Shown: positions 49,435 to 60,438, counted from the stretch's first letter. The stretch is 64,000 bases of DNA from an uncultured Bacilli bacterium (GCA_934096945.1 CAKOND010000005.1:18088-82087); one strand, 5' to 3'. Numbers and translations: made by a program. Notes: generated from the sequence alone by a model not told the origin.

Positions 49435-49830
49435 TTATGCTTTCATGTACTTATCAAGGACTGCATTAATAATTTTTCTAACAGCATCATCACAATATTT
49501 TTTAGAAAGTTCTATAGCCTCATTAATAACTACTATCTCAGGTGTGTCAGTAAATTTTAGTTCATATAAACCTATTCTAAGAATGGCTGCACCTGTTTTA
49601 TCAATTCTATCTATAGTCCATCCATCAATGTATTTATTAGCTATTTTATCAAGTTCATCTTTGTAGGTAGTTACTCCATAAACAATATTTTTAACAAATT
49701 CATTATCAACTTCTAGATTTGCTTTAATTACTTCATCTATTTCAAACGGGACTTTTCTATCTTCATAAATGTCTATTTGATATAGAATAATCATTGCTAT
49801 ATTTCTTAATTCACTTCTAGTTTTTGCCAT
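49435..49830 (-). CDS. nusB: transcription antitermination factor NusB
   Basis: 131 aa: R...R..A...LYQ.D..., ILRIGLYEL. Confidence 0.9.
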   Translation of the reverse strand: MAKTRSELRNIAMIILYQIDIYEDRKVPFEIDEVIKANLEVDNEFVKNIVYGVTTYKDELDKIANKYIDGWTIDRIDKTGAAILRIGLYELKFTDTPEIVVINEAIELSKKYCDDAVRKIINAVLDKYMKA

Positions 49831-49930
49831 AACTACCGCCTCTTTAAAGATTATAACAAATTTTTATATAAATTCATAGTTATTTTTGAAAAGAATGCAA
49901 CTTTTTTGTTACATTCTAATGATATTTTAG

Positions 49931-50407
49931 CTAAGTGCCACTATCTATTTTTAATTTTGCTTCAATTATTAATTGATTTCCTTTTACTATTTGGTCACAG
50001 GTAGTAAGTATTAACTTATTTTCTTCTTTTTTAATTTTTATTTTACCATTTTTCTTTACACTTTTTATATTTTTTACTTCATATTCAAGAGCTTTATCAG
50101 CAAACTTTAGGTATATTTTATCTTTATTTTTTATATATTTTAGATCATTAAAATAAGCAAGATGTCCGGTGCCAGAATGAGCTGCTAAAATGTATGTATT
50201 TGGAATGCCTGAATCAATAAATGTTACATTTTTATCTACATCATTTAATGAATTTCCAATATTGAAAAAACCATATGTCATATCTATACTTGGTATTATT
50301 AAATAACCGTAGTATTTTTCATAATCTAAAGATACTTCATTTTTTATTATATCTTTTTGGCATCCAGTTAAGAAAAGTAATAATATAACAATTATTATTT
50401 TTTTCAT
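49931..50407 (-). CDS. sortase family transpeptidase (small)
   Basis: Lipobox-like LTGC. AAHSGTG (His) and LILTTCD (TLxTC Cys); an Arg may lie near the C-terminus. Confidence 0.75.
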   Translation of the reverse strand: MKKIIIVILLLFLTGCQKDIIKNEVSLDYEKYYGYLIIPSIDMTYGFFNIGNSLNDVDKNVTFIDSGIPNTYILAAHSGTGHLAYFNDLKYIKNKDKIYLKFADKALEYEVKNIKSVKKNGKIKIKKEENKLILTTCDQIVKGNQLIIEAKLKIDSGT

Positions 50408-51774
50408 AAATTTTCTTTAAAGTAATACTTATTTTTAAAATATATTATGTTTTGAGTATTTATTTCAGTATTTGGAACATCAATTAATATTTCTTCATCA
50501 ATTGTTATATTTTCATCTTTTTTAAAATCTTTATTTGCATCATCATTTTCAAATTTTTCGTTTTCACCTAAAGTAGTATTGCCAGCGGATTCTATGCCAT
50601 CACTTGATTCGTTATTATCATTTGTAAGATTTGAAATTTCTTTTTCATTATTTCTTTTAACTGATGGTACATTATTTTCCTTGTCGAAAGAATTATCTTT
50701 ATCGTTTGGGCCTTGGTTATCATCCTCATTATTTAAAGAATCATTTTCATCATTTGAATTATTTTCCTTATCTAAATTTCCTTCATTATTTTCTTTGTTT
50801 TCATTATTTGAGCCTTGATCCTCTTCATTATTTTCTTCATCACCTGGTTTATTTTCATCGTTTAAATTTTCATCACCACTTGACTCATTTTCTCGGTTTT
50901 CAAAAGTTTCTTTATCATTTTCACCTTTTTCGGTTTCATCATTTTTGTTACCAGAATCTTCATTTTTTTCCCCATTTTTGTCATCATCATTAATAACCTC
51001 ATCTTTCTTACTATATTTGTAAAAGATACCTTCTAAAAATATATAGTAATATTTTGATTTATCACCCATGTCATATTCTTCACCATTTATAGTTATATAA
51101 TCTTCTGGAAAAACTGGATCATTAAAATAATAAAGTTTTCCTTTTCTAGTTACATTTTCTAAGTCTAATTCTTCTTCACTATATATGCCATCTATATAAT
51201 ACCTTGATAGATAAACAGTTGTCTCATTTAAAACGTTTTGTCTTGTGGTAAATCCGAATTTATTATCTTTGAAAAAATAAGTTCCTGGCAAAAGTGATAT
51301 TAGACAATCACCACCAATTTTGCAAGCAAATACTTGATTAAAATTTTCATCATAAATAGTTACATCAGTGTATCCATCTACAACTTCTATGTATTTTGCA
51401 TAACCTCTGTAAATGGTTTTGATAGTTACTTTTTTATATCTAAGTATTCTTTCAACTGTTATGATTTTACTTTCATCATAGACAATTATGTCATCTAATG
51501 GTTCATAAGCACTATTATACGTGTCTTCAACAAACCTAATATTTAAACCTTTGGCATACTTGTATTTCATATCACCAGTATTTAAATAAATTTTTTCCAA
51601 AAAGTCTCCGGTGTCCTCATTATAAACTTTAAAGGATATTCCGTTATAGGTGGTGTCAATATTAAACTCAGTGGTATTTAGATTATCACCAAAATAATAC
51701 TCCTTTGTTTCTTGGGCATAACAATTCATTATGCCAATTAGCATTAAAGCTAAAAATACTATAATTTTTTTCAT
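50404..51774 (-). CDS. secreted protein with long acidic N/E/D/K low-complexity C-terminal region
   Basis: Signal peptide MKKIIVFLALMLIGIMNCYA. A structured N-terminal half, then ~190 aa of DENKG-rich low complexity. 4-nt overlap with the sortase gene. Confidence 0.6.
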   Translation of the reverse strand: MKKIIVFLALMLIGIMNCYAQETKEYYFGDNLNTTEFNIDTTYNGISFKVYNEDTGDFLEKIYLNTGDMKYKYAKGLNIRFVEDTYNSAYEPLDDIIVYDESKIITVERILRYKKVTIKTIYRGYAKYIEVVDGYTDVTIYDENFNQVFACKIGGDCLISLLPGTYFFKDNKFGFTTRQNVLNETTVYLSRYYIDGIYSEEELDLENVTRKGKLYYFNDPVFPEDYITINGEEYDMGDKSKYYYIFLEGIFYKYSKKDEVINDDDKNGEKNEDSGNKNDETEKGENDKETFENRENESSGDENLNDENKPGDEENNEEDQGSNNENKENNEGNLDKENNSNDENDSLNNEDDNQGPNDKDNSFDKENNVPSVKRNNEKEISNLTNDNNESSDGIESAGNTTLGENEKFENDDANKDFKKDENITIDEEILIDVPNTEINTQNIIYFKNKYYFKENL

Positions 51775-51890
51775 AAATTTTCATCTCCTCGAAAATTAAT
51801 TTAACACTAAAATTTCTAAAAGTATATAGGAGATTTTGTCAAAAAAAGAAGGATTTTCATCCTTCATGTCGACTTTTGTCAAATTATATA

Positions 51891-52001
51891 CTATTTGCTT
51901 TTCTTTTTAGTATTTTTGTTGATTAATCTTACCTTTACACCTTTATATAAAGCAAATTGTTTTTTAACGCCTTCAGGTAAATTTTTCTTAAATGTTTTCA
52001 T
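51891..52001 (-). CDS. candidate 36-aa lysine-rich small protein
   Basis: GAGGTG SD 5 nt before the ATG. MKTFKKNLPEGVKKQFALYKGVKVRLINKNTKKKSK. A terminator hairpin GAAGGA-tgaaaa-TCCTTC + T-run follows (51848-51867). It is below the track's size cut-off. Confidence 0.4.
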   Translation of the reverse strand: MKTFKKNLPEGVKKQFALYKGVKVRLINKNTKKKSK

Positions 52002-52249
52002 AAACGCACCTCGCTTCTTTTCTTATAGATTATAACATATTATTTATTTAAATATCAATAAATTTAGCATAAATTTTGCTTAAGTTTTTGTATTCTAACC
52101 CATAGCCCTTGGCATAAAGCATTAATTCTACTATCTGACATATCTGTTTTACTTTGATATTTTTTAACATTTTTTCATAATCAAGTGGTAAATCATTTAA
52201 TAAATCTATATTTATATTTTATCACGCTATAACTTAATGTGTATATCAT

Positions 52250-53809
52250 TTATTTATTTTTGTATCTTTTATATATACTTTCAAATACTTTTATGCCATC
52301 CATAGCGCTTGTTGTAATACCACCAGCATATCCAGCTCCTTCGCCACATGGATAAATACCTTTAACGCTTGAATTAAAATCTTCATCACGGACAATACGA
52401 ACAGGACTACTAGTTCTAGCTTCGGGTGCTGCAATAACTGAAGTATCACCATTAAAACCATTGATTTTATTATTAAAATAGTCTATTCCTTCTTTTAAAC
52501 TTTCATTTAAGTACGCTGGAAAAATATCATTTATATTTGCTAAATGAGTTTTACCTTTAAAAGCATCTATATCAATATTTTCTGAAATAGTATTATTTTT
52601 ATAATCAACATACCTTTGAATAGGAATAACACCCTTTCCAATATTATATGCTTTTTGTTCTAAACATTCTTGAAAACTTATTCCATCTAAAGGATTATTA
52701 CCATAATCTTCAGGTGATACAGTTACAACAATGGCACTATTAGCAAAACCTGAATCTCTTTTATAATTACTCATTCCATTTACACAAATGCCATCTGGGG
52801 TACTTCTACTATTTACAACATAACCACCTGGACACATACAAAAACTATAAACACCACGTCCACTTTTACTTTTATATGTAAGTTTATATGATGCTGATGG
52901 CAAAAATGGATAATTTATTGGATACTGATTTTCATTAATCATTTCTTGAGGATGAATTATTCTAACGCCAACTGCAAAAGGTTTAGCTTCCATATAAATT
53001 TTTTTACTTTTTAGCATTTTAAAGGTATCACGAGCTGAGTGACCAATAGCGAGTATTAATACATCAGTTTCATAATACTTATCACCTACTTTAATAGATT
53101 TTATTTTATCATTTTCTACTATAATATCTTCCATACAAGAATTATAATGAATTTTCCCTCCCATAGCTATTATTTTTTCTCTTAAATTTATAACTACTTT
53201 TCTTAAAATGTCAGTACCGATGTGAGGTTTACTATCATAAAGTATTTCTTCCGGAGCTCCGCACTCAACAAAAATCTTAAATACTTCCCGCATTCTACCA
53301 GCTTTATCTTTAACTAAAGTATTAAGCTTTCCATCACTAAATGTACCTGCTCCGCCTTCACCAAATTGAACATTACTATTTGATACAAAATTATTATTTT
53401 GCCATAAGTCTTCAACTGTTTTAACTCTTTGTTCTATTTTTTCACCACGTTCAAAAAGTATCGGCTTATATCCGTTTTTAGCAAGGCAAAAGGTGCAAAA
53501 CAAACCTGCTGGACCTGCCCCAATAACTATTGGCCTTTTATTTAATGTTTCTTTTCCCATCTGAGGTAACACATAATCTTCATTTTCCACTTTAGTTATG
53601 TTTTCTTTCAAGAAACTATTTTCATTATCTATTTCAACATCTAAATCAAATACATAAGAAAACATATGCTTACTTCGAGCATCAATCGCCTTTTTATGAA
53701 TAATTACTTTTTTTAAATATTCTTTATTTACTTTTAGCTTTTTACTTGCAAGCTCATAAATATCAATATTTTCTTTAATTTCAGTTTTAATATTTTTAAT
53801 TCTAATCAT
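52250..53809 (-). CDS. FAD-dependent oxidoreductase (COG2509-like)
   Basis: IGAGPAGLFC dinucleotide-binding motif ~90 aa in. C-terminal GEGAGYAGGI. Confidence 0.75.
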   Translation of the reverse strand: MIRIKNIKTEIKENIDIYELASKKLKVNKEYLKKVIIHKKAIDARSKHMFSYVFDLDVEIDNENSFLKENITKVENEDYVLPQMGKETLNKRPIVIGAGPAGLFCTFCLAKNGYKPILFERGEKIEQRVKTVEDLWQNNNFVSNSNVQFGEGGAGTFSDGKLNTLVKDKAGRMREVFKIFVECGAPEEILYDSKPHIGTDILRKVVINLREKIIAMGGKIHYNSCMEDIIVENDKIKSIKVGDKYYETDVLILAIGHSARDTFKMLKSKKIYMEAKPFAVGVRIIHPQEMINENQYPINYPFLPSASYKLTYKSKSGRGVYSFCMCPGGYVVNSRSTPDGICVNGMSNYKRDSGFANSAIVVTVSPEDYGNNPLDGISFQECLEQKAYNIGKGVIPIQRYVDYKNNTISENIDIDAFKGKTHLANINDIFPAYLNESLKEGIDYFNNKINGFNGDTSVIAAPEARTSSPVRIVRDEDFNSSVKGIYPCGEGAGYAGGITTSAMDGIKVFESIYKRYKNK

Positions 53810-54968
53810 GATTATCACCTGCAACTAGTCCAGTTATAAAACTTATAGTTAAGTTATAGCCTCCACAATCGCCATCTAAATCAAGTACTTCTCCAGCAAA
53901 ATAAAGATTTTTAACAAGTTTAGACTCCATTGTTTCTAAATTTATTTCTTCTAAAGATACACCACCACTAGTTACCTGCGCATCTAAATAACCTTTAGTA
54001 TCTATAATTTTAACTTTAAAATTAGTTAAAGTCTCGATAAATTTATTCTTTTCATCTATTTTTAATTCACACCATTTTTTATCTTTAATTTTTAAATATT
54101 TAAGAAACAAATTAGTTAATTTATAATCTAAAAATCCATCACATATATTGGTTAAATATTTATCTTTATTTTCTTCCATGTATTTGCTTAAATCATCTGT
54201 CCATGGGCAAAAGTTAAGTTTTACTTCACATGTTTTTTCTTCGTTTAAAGCAAGTCTTATATCACGACTTAAATTAAAAATACAAATACCACTTAAACCA
54301 AAACTAGTAAGTTGTAGTTCACCATGTTCTTCTTTTACTTTTGCTTTATCAATATAACTTGAAACATTTACCTCGCATCTTGTGCCAGTCCACTCTTTTT
54401 CTAAACCGGTATTTGTTTCTAGTGCCATTAAAGATGGATTTAAATTAGTTACTTTATGGCCAAAAGCTTTAGCTAATGAAAAGCCTTCACCAGTACTTCC
54501 AGTCTTCGGATAACTAAGACCACCGGTTGTAATAATTACTTTATCAAAAACTTCACCATTAATAATAAATTTATCATCTTTTCTTTTTATATTCTCTATA
54601 TAAGTATTAAATCTCAAATCTACATCTAAAGAATTCTTTAGACATGATAAAACACTAGATGATTTTTCACTATATGGATAAAGATAGCCATTTTTATCTT
54701 TTAAAACTAAACCTATTTCTTTGAAAAAGTTATTTACTTTATCTAAATTTTTATCATTTATTATCTTTTTTATAAGTTCTTTATTACTTGAATGATACTT
54801 ACTTAAATCATTATTAGTATTACCAATATTACATCTTCCACTTCCAGTTAAAAGGAGCTTTTTACCAGCATCACTATTTTTCTCAAATACCACAACATCA
54901 TGCATCTTTGACATGATTTTAGCTGCTGCTAAACCTGCTGGGCCTGCCCCAATAATTGCCACTTTCAT
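53802..54968 (-). CDS. NAD(P)/FAD-dependent oxidoreductase, HI0933/BaiN-like
   Basis: IIGAGPAGLAAA, GSGRCNIGN, C-terminal GGYNL. Confidence 0.8.
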   Translation of the reverse strand: MKVAIIGAGPAGLAAAKIMSKMHDVVVFEKNSDAGKKLLLTGSGRCNIGNTNNDLSKYHSSNKELIKKIINDKNLDKVNNFFKEIGLVLKDKNGYLYPYSEKSSSVLSCLKNSLDVDLRFNTYIENIKRKDDKFIINGEVFDKVIITTGGLSYPKTGSTGEGFSLAKAFGHKVTNLNPSLMALETNTGLEKEWTGTRCEVNVSSYIDKAKVKEEHGELQLTSFGLSGICIFNLSRDIRLALNEEKTCEVKLNFCPWTDDLSKYMEENKDKYLTNICDGFLDYKLTNLFLKYLKIKDKKWCELKIDEKNKFIETLTNFKVKIIDTKGYLDAQVTSGGVSLEEINLETMESKLVKNLYFAGEVLDLDGDCGGYNLTISFITGLVAGDNHD

Positions 54969-57900
54969 GCCATCACCTCTATTTCTTTTACTTTGTTATC
55001 TAGTATTGAATATAAATATAAGTAAACTTCTTTATCACTTATACTTTTTACATAATCATAATATATACTTAATTGTTTAATATAGTTTTCATCATCTATA
55101 TTTTTAAGTTTGTAATCTATAATAAATATTTTGTCACTATACTCTAACATTAAATCTATAATACCATGATATTTAATATCATCTTTTTCAAACATAAACT
55201 CTAGTTCTTGATAAACTTCTGCATTTTTAAAATCAAAATTTTCTAATAATTTAGTTATATACTTATTATCAGTTTTGACAGTTTTAAAATCAGTTAATTC
55301 AAATATTTCATGCATTTGAGTACCAAATTCTAAAGTCTTAGCTTCTTCTTTAGTTAAAATGTTCTTTATTGTTTTAGATGCATGTTTCTTTTCTATTTCT
55401 TCATACAAAACTTCATCATCATATATGACCATTTCTTCTTTTGAGCTTTCTAAATTTCTGCTTATTGCTTTACTAAATTCATATTCTTTAGATAGACCAA
55501 TATTATTTAAATTAATACTTGTTACATATTTTGCTATATTACCATATATACTTTCTAAAAAATTATAAAATGACCTAAAATTTAAACCTTCCAGAAAATC
55601 CACTTCCTCGCAATGTCTAGTTTTATCTTTTACTTCAGGCATCACCATGATAATCTTTTCTTTAGCTCTGGTTAAAGCTACATAAAATAGTCTTATTTTT
55701 TCTGCTACTTCATTTAAATAATATTCATTTTTAACAAGTTGTTTAATAAACACTTCACCAATACCATCTTTATAATATGGCGATATAATTCCATACTTAT
55801 TATCAAACATAAATTTATTTTTTAAATCACTTAAATTAAATGTTTTGGGAAAACCTGTAAAATAACATATTGGAAATTCAAGTCCTTTTGATTTATGAAT
55901 ATTCATCATTTTAACAGATACACTACTTGATTTAGCTTCTTTATATTTTATTTCACTACCAGAAGCTGCTAAGTCTTCGAGATACTTACTAAAGTCTTCA
56001 CTTGTAAAACCTAAGCTTTCCACATTTTCAGCTAACCCTAGCAAATAATTCATTCTCTTTATACCAGCATCAACATTACCCACTAAAATAAATTTTTCAT
56101 AAAAATTAAAATCTTCAATAATTTTCTTTAAAAGCATACTAGGTGTTAGTTCATCTATAATCTCACTTATTTCTTTACAGATTTTAAATACTTCACTTCT
56201 AAATATGCCATGATTTTCTAAATCATTAAATATTTCAGCATCATTTAAGCCACCAATATAGCTTCTAGCAACACTAGTAAAATAATATCTAAACTTTTTA
56301 TCATAAACTTCATTTTTAATAGAAAAACATAAATTAATAATATTTTTAATAATATAAATATCATTTTCTTCCATTAGATTACTATCTTTATATATTTCCA
56401 TTGGTATATTAAAGTACTCAAATACTTTCTTAAATAAATTCATTTTACTACCACGATCAAGTATAATACAAAAATCATTATAAGTAGCTTTTCGATTTTT
56501 TTCTAAGTCAAAATCATATACTTCATAATCCTCAGTAATTTTCTTCTTAATATCATTTGCTATTATAAAAGCTTCAATTTCATCATTTGAATACTTCTTA
56601 TCATCATTATTATATGTATAAATATCCATATAATTATTGTTATTATTAGCCCCAAGAGTAACATAAGCCTTGTTACCAAATATCATAGCATGACTTTCTT
56701 TATAATTTATACCCCCGAGTTCTTTAGTCATAAGGCGAGCAAATATTTCATTAATATTAAATAAAACTTCTTCTCTTGACCTAAAATTTTTAAGTAAATC
56801 TATTTTTATACCACCATCATGATTACTATATTTATCATATTTATTTTTAAAAATTAAAGGATTAGCATTTCTAAATCTATATATAGATTGTTTTATATCT
56901 CCGACCATATAAACATTATTATTTTCTATATATTTAATAAAGTTTTCTTGTAAATCACTTGTATCTTGATATTCATCAATCATTATTTCATTAAATTTAT
57001 TTTTAAGCTCTTCTCTGATACTTTCGTTTTCTTCAACTATTTTAATAGCCATTTTAGCTATATCTGTAAATTCATAAGCATCAAATTCTTTCTTAAAAGC
57101 ATTTATTTTATCATCAAGTTTATGAATAATTTCTATAATTATTTCAGCATAATCTCTAGTACTTAAATATGCACTTTTTAATTCTTCTTCACTATAAAAT
57201 ATTAAGTCACTTAATGTTTTAAATGTATCTTGAATATTTTCTTTTAAAGCCTTACCTTCTTCATCTAATTTAGTAAACTTTTCTAAAGTACAATCTTTAT
57301 ACTTATATAAATCATTAAAGTTATGCGGAGAAAAAAGATTAGAAACACTATCATATAATTTTTGATAAGATGTACTATCCATAAACTCACCTATTTCAAG
57401 TACCATATTTTCTAAAGATTCAGCTAAAGATTTAACATATTTAAAGTATTCATCAAAACATTTATTTACATATTCATCACTATAAAAGTTATTTACATAA
57501 TTACCTAAATAATTCTCTTTATCATATTTTAAATCAAGTAATCTATTAATACTTAAAACTGAATCCTTTATTAATGCATCATCTCTGTTAGTAAAATCTT
57601 CAATTAATTTTAAAAATCTATCGTCTTTTTCTTCATAAAATTCTTCGAATATTTCTTCTAAAAATTCTTTTCTTTTTAAATTAATAATTGATGCATCAAT
57701 TATACTAATATCTTTGCTCATATTAAGAACATAATGATACTTTTTAACTAAATTTAAAGCAAATGCATCAAATGTGGTAATATATGCTTGATCTAAATAT
57801 TCAAGTTGGTCTTTTAAACCTGCTTTTTTTATTTTTTTTCTAATTCTATCAGCCATTTCTCCGGCAGCTTCATTAGTAAATGTTAGCATTAAAATATTTC

Positions 57901-58048
57901 TAATATCTATGCCATCTTTAAGTTTTCTTATCACTCTTTCTGATAATACTGCAGTTTTACCAGAACCAGCACCCGCAGATACTATAATATTTTTACCTTC
58001 TAAGTTAACTGCCTCATTTTGTTCAAAAGTTAAATTCATCTTTTCCAC
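54965..58048 (-). CDS. addA: helicase-nuclease AddA (ATP-dependent DNA helicase/nuclease subunit A)
   Basis: GAGSGKT, IDEYQDTS, VGDIKQSIYRFRNA, FYVALTRAKEK, C-terminal RecB-type nuclease (GIIDLM...IIDYKLK). Confidence 0.9.
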   Translation of the reverse strand: MEKMNLTFEQNEAVNLEGKNIIVSAGAGSGKTAVLSERVIRKLKDGIDIRNILMLTFTNEAAGEMADRIRKKIKKAGLKDQLEYLDQAYITTFDAFALNLVKKYHYVLNMSKDISIIDASIINLKRKEFLEEIFEEFYEEKDDRFLKLIEDFTNRDDALIKDSVLSINRLLDLKYDKENYLGNYVNNFYSDEYVNKCFDEYFKYVKSLAESLENMVLEIGEFMDSTSYQKLYDSVSNLFSPHNFNDLYKYKDCTLEKFTKLDEEGKALKENIQDTFKTLSDLIFYSEEELKSAYLSTRDYAEIIIEIIHKLDDKINAFKKEFDAYEFTDIAKMAIKIVEENESIREELKNKFNEIMIDEYQDTSDLQENFIKYIENNNVYMVGDIKQSIYRFRNANPLIFKNKYDKYSNHDGGIKIDLLKNFRSREEVLFNINEIFARLMTKELGGINYKESHAMIFGNKAYVTLGANNNNNYMDIYTYNNDDKKYSNDEIEAFIIANDIKKKITEDYEVYDFDLEKNRKATYNDFCIILDRGSKMNLFKKVFEYFNIPMEIYKDSNLMEENDIYIIKNIINLCFSIKNEVYDKKFRYYFTSVARSYIGGLNDAEIFNDLENHGIFRSEVFKICKEISEIIDELTPSMLLKKIIEDFNFYEKFILVGNVDAGIKRMNYLLGLAENVESLGFTSEDFSKYLEDLAASGSEIKYKEAKSSSVSVKMMNIHKSKGLEFPICYFTGFPKTFNLSDLKNKFMFDNKYGIISPYYKDGIGEVFIKQLVKNEYYLNEVAEKIRLFYVALTRAKEKIIMVMPEVKDKTRHCEEVDFLEGLNFRSFYNFLESIYGNIAKYVTSINLNNIGLSKEYEFSKAISRNLESSKEEMVIYDDEVLYEEIEKKHASKTIKNILTKEEAKTLEFGTQMHEIFELTDFKTVKTDNKYITKLLENFDFKNAEVYQELEFMFEKDDIKYHGIIDLMLEYSDKIFIIDYKLKNIDDENYIKQLSIYYDYVKSISDKEVYLYLYSILDNKVKEIEVMA

Positions 58049-58116
58049 CTCTTTTAATATCGCACATTAAATTTTGTTCATTCATACGGATATTTTATAA
58101 TTTATCCGTATCATCG

Positions 58117-60438
58117 TCAATTGGTTTTGCTATCTTCAAGTATTACTTCATCATCTTTTGTTTTAAAACATATATCTTTAAATTTACAATAAGTACATGC
58201 TATATTTTTACCACCAAGTACCTTGGGATTAATATTAAAATTACCTTCCACAATATTCTTTATAACATCATCTATAATCTCATTTACTTTAATTATTAAA
58301 TTATCCATCTCTTCATTAGATAACACTTTACTAGTACTATAAAAAGAACCATCTTTCTTAAATCTTAAACCTTTTATCATTTTACTATCTTTATAGTTAC
58401 TATCAAGAAGACTCATTATAGTTTCATTACTATTGGTATAGCCAGATAGTCTTAAGTTTTCTTTCTTTAAAGTTTCTAAAGACTTAACTTTATCTCTATT
58501 TAAAACATTATTAAGTACTCTTTCTATATAAAAACCTGCAATAATAGAGTCTTTAAATCTATCACTTGTTTTAAGTAAATATAAATATATTGGAAGTTGC
58601 ATATTAAGACCATATTCTAAAGTATCAAGTTTTATATTCTTATCCCCAGTTTTATAATCTACTACTGCTATTACTTCTTTATCATTATATTTAGTGGTCA
58701 TAACTTTATCTATAAAACCTTTAAAGTTCACCTTTACTCCATTATACTTTTTTTCCACATTAAGTTCTGTTTCAAATAAATAATCATTTAAACTACTTGT
58801 CTTTCTTTGTTCTTTTAAATATTTAAGTAAAAAGTCTATTTCTTTAGCAAGAATATGAATATAAAATAGTTCTCTTTCTTTAAATTCAAAATCTAATTCT
58901 TTAATAAATAAACTTATCTCTTTTTCAATATCTATTTCTTTATTTATACCAATCTCTAATATATGATGCACAATCTGTCCAATTATAGTTTTAAATGTTT
59001 CTTCAAAAACATCAAGATTTAATACTTTAGATAAATAATATCTAAAACTACATTCATTAAAATTTTCAAGACTTGTATATGAAAGTGTTACTCCTTCTTC
59101 AAGTCTTTCTTTAAGTAAAGTATTATCTACACTAGTAAATTTATTATTATATTCTCTATATGGAATATTTAGATTATTTTGATATATTTTTAAATACTTA
59201 CTTTCATCATTATATTTATATAAATTATCTAAATCCATAGCATACTCAAGTTCACTATATTTTTTGCTGAAAGACACTTTTTTATCTATATCTATTTTCT
59301 TTACCTCAAGTCCTAAATCTTCAATTAAGCTTGATGGATATAAAGCTCCATTATCGCCATGCATAGAATAACTTATACTTAAACTTGGAATATTATATAT
59401 TAAATTTATAACATTATCTTTATTTATCTTATTTATTTCTAAAGATGTATCAAGTCCTAATTTATTCTTTATATTATCACTTAAAAAGTCATCATCTTTT
59501 TCTACTTTAGGATAACTACCTATATTAAAGCCAAGTAAAAACACATAGTCACTTTCACTATAAACCTCTTCAAGAGAATGTAACTCTATAGCATTTTTAT
59601 ATATAGTATTACTAACTTTAGCTTGTTTTAAATCCCTTTTAATAAACTCTTTTCTTATATTTTTATTCTTTACTTGTACAGACTTATTTATAATAGTAAT
59701 AAGTTCATTTACATTACTATACTTACCACTTAAATATTCTATTACTTCATCTATTTCTTTATTATCATAAAATTTCAAAAATTCTTTAGAAATACTTAAA
59801 CTTAAAAAAGATGTACTACTTTCTATATTAATTGGTACTTTAAATAATTTAAAATAGTATTCTAAATGTTTATAATATTCTTTACTTGCAATTAGTTTGA
59901 TATTATTAATATTTATCCCTTTTTTAAGTAATTTCTTTATTTCAATAATTACATGCTCTACTTCTTCACATATATCTTTTGCTTCATATACACATGGCTT
60001 ATAACTATTTTTTTCTAATTTTTCTAATTTATAGTTAATACCATCTAAAATTAATTTTTCTTCTTTAGTTAATACATCTTTACCATAGATGGTAACTTTT
60101 TGATTAAGCATATATTTTCTAAATTTATCATCATATATAAGTAAATTTTGTTCATCTAATTCTTTTCTTAATTCATTTAAAAACTTTACTTTTTCATCAT
60201 CAATATCTTTTAAAAAGTATAAATTATCTAAATAAATCTTAGCTATATTAATATTTACATTATATTTATTTATAATATATTCTAAAGCTCTATCATCATA
60301 ATCAAAGAATAACTTTTTTTTAAGTTCTTTAAACCCTAAAAATTTATTATTATTAAATTTCTTTTCCATATTTATTTTCTTCAATAATTCTATTTTATTA
60401 AATTCATTAGTTATTACTACATTCATAATATACCTCAT
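58117..60438 (-). CDS. addB: AddB/RexB-like nuclease subunit (short, 773 aa)
   Basis: C-terminal PD-(D/E)XK + Fe-S pattern: CSFRYYL ... VDYKTGDK ... CTYCKFKDIC. It has no Walker A and is shorter than Bacillus AddB. The start could be the ATG at 60426. Confidence 0.8.
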   Translation of the reverse strand: MRYIMNVVITNEFNKIELLKKINMEKKFNNNKFLGFKELKKKLFFDYDDRALEYIINKYNVNINIAKIYLDNLYFLKDIDDEKVKFLNELRKELDEQNLLIYDDKFRKYMLNQKVTIYGKDVLTKEEKLILDGINYKLEKLEKNSYKPCVYEAKDICEEVEHVIIEIKKLLKKGININNIKLIASKEYYKHLEYYFKLFKVPINIESSTSFLSLSISKEFLKFYDNKEIDEVIEYLSGKYSNVNELITIINKSVQVKNKNIRKEFIKRDLKQAKVSNTIYKNAIELHSLEEVYSESDYVFLLGFNIGSYPKVEKDDDFLSDNIKNKLGLDTSLEINKINKDNVINLIYNIPSLSISYSMHGDNGALYPSSLIEDLGLEVKKIDIDKKVSFSKKYSELEYAMDLDNLYKYNDESKYLKIYQNNLNIPYREYNNKFTSVDNTLLKERLEEGVTLSYTSLENFNECSFRYYLSKVLNLDVFEETFKTIIGQIVHHILEIGINKEIDIEKEISLFIKELDFEFKERELFYIHILAKEIDFLLKYLKEQRKTSSLNDYLFETELNVEKKYNGVKVNFKGFIDKVMTTKYNDKEVIAVVDYKTGDKNIKLDTLEYGLNMQLPIYLYLLKTSDRFKDSIIAGFYIERVLNNVLNRDKVKSLETLKKENLRLSGYTNSNETIMSLLDSNYKDSKMIKGLRFKKDGSFYSTSKVLSNEEMDNLIIKVNEIIDDVIKNIVEGNFNINPKVLGGKNIACTYCKFKDICFKTKDDEVILEDSKTN

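Noticed and set aside
50580-51000. Short imperfect nucleotide repeats that might suggest a repeat array or CRISPR.
   Set aside because: They lie inside a continuous ORF and encode a D/E/N/K/G low-complexity region. There is no fixed-length repeat/spacer periodicity.
52030-52249. Short minus-strand frame ...IDLLNDLPLDYEKMLKNIKVKQICQIVELMLYAKGYGLEYKNLSKIYAKFIDI* that might be a gene remnant.
   Set aside because: It is bounded by stops after ~55 codons and has no RBS or recognisable family. This is insufficient to call a pseudogene.
58083-58111. 9-bp perfect hairpin (ATACGGATA...TATCCGTAT) between addB and addA as a possible regulatory element or terminator.
   Set aside because: There is no U-tract and it lies inside an obviously co-transcribed pair. 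It may be only an mRNA-stabilising or processing hairpin, so it is not reported as a feature.
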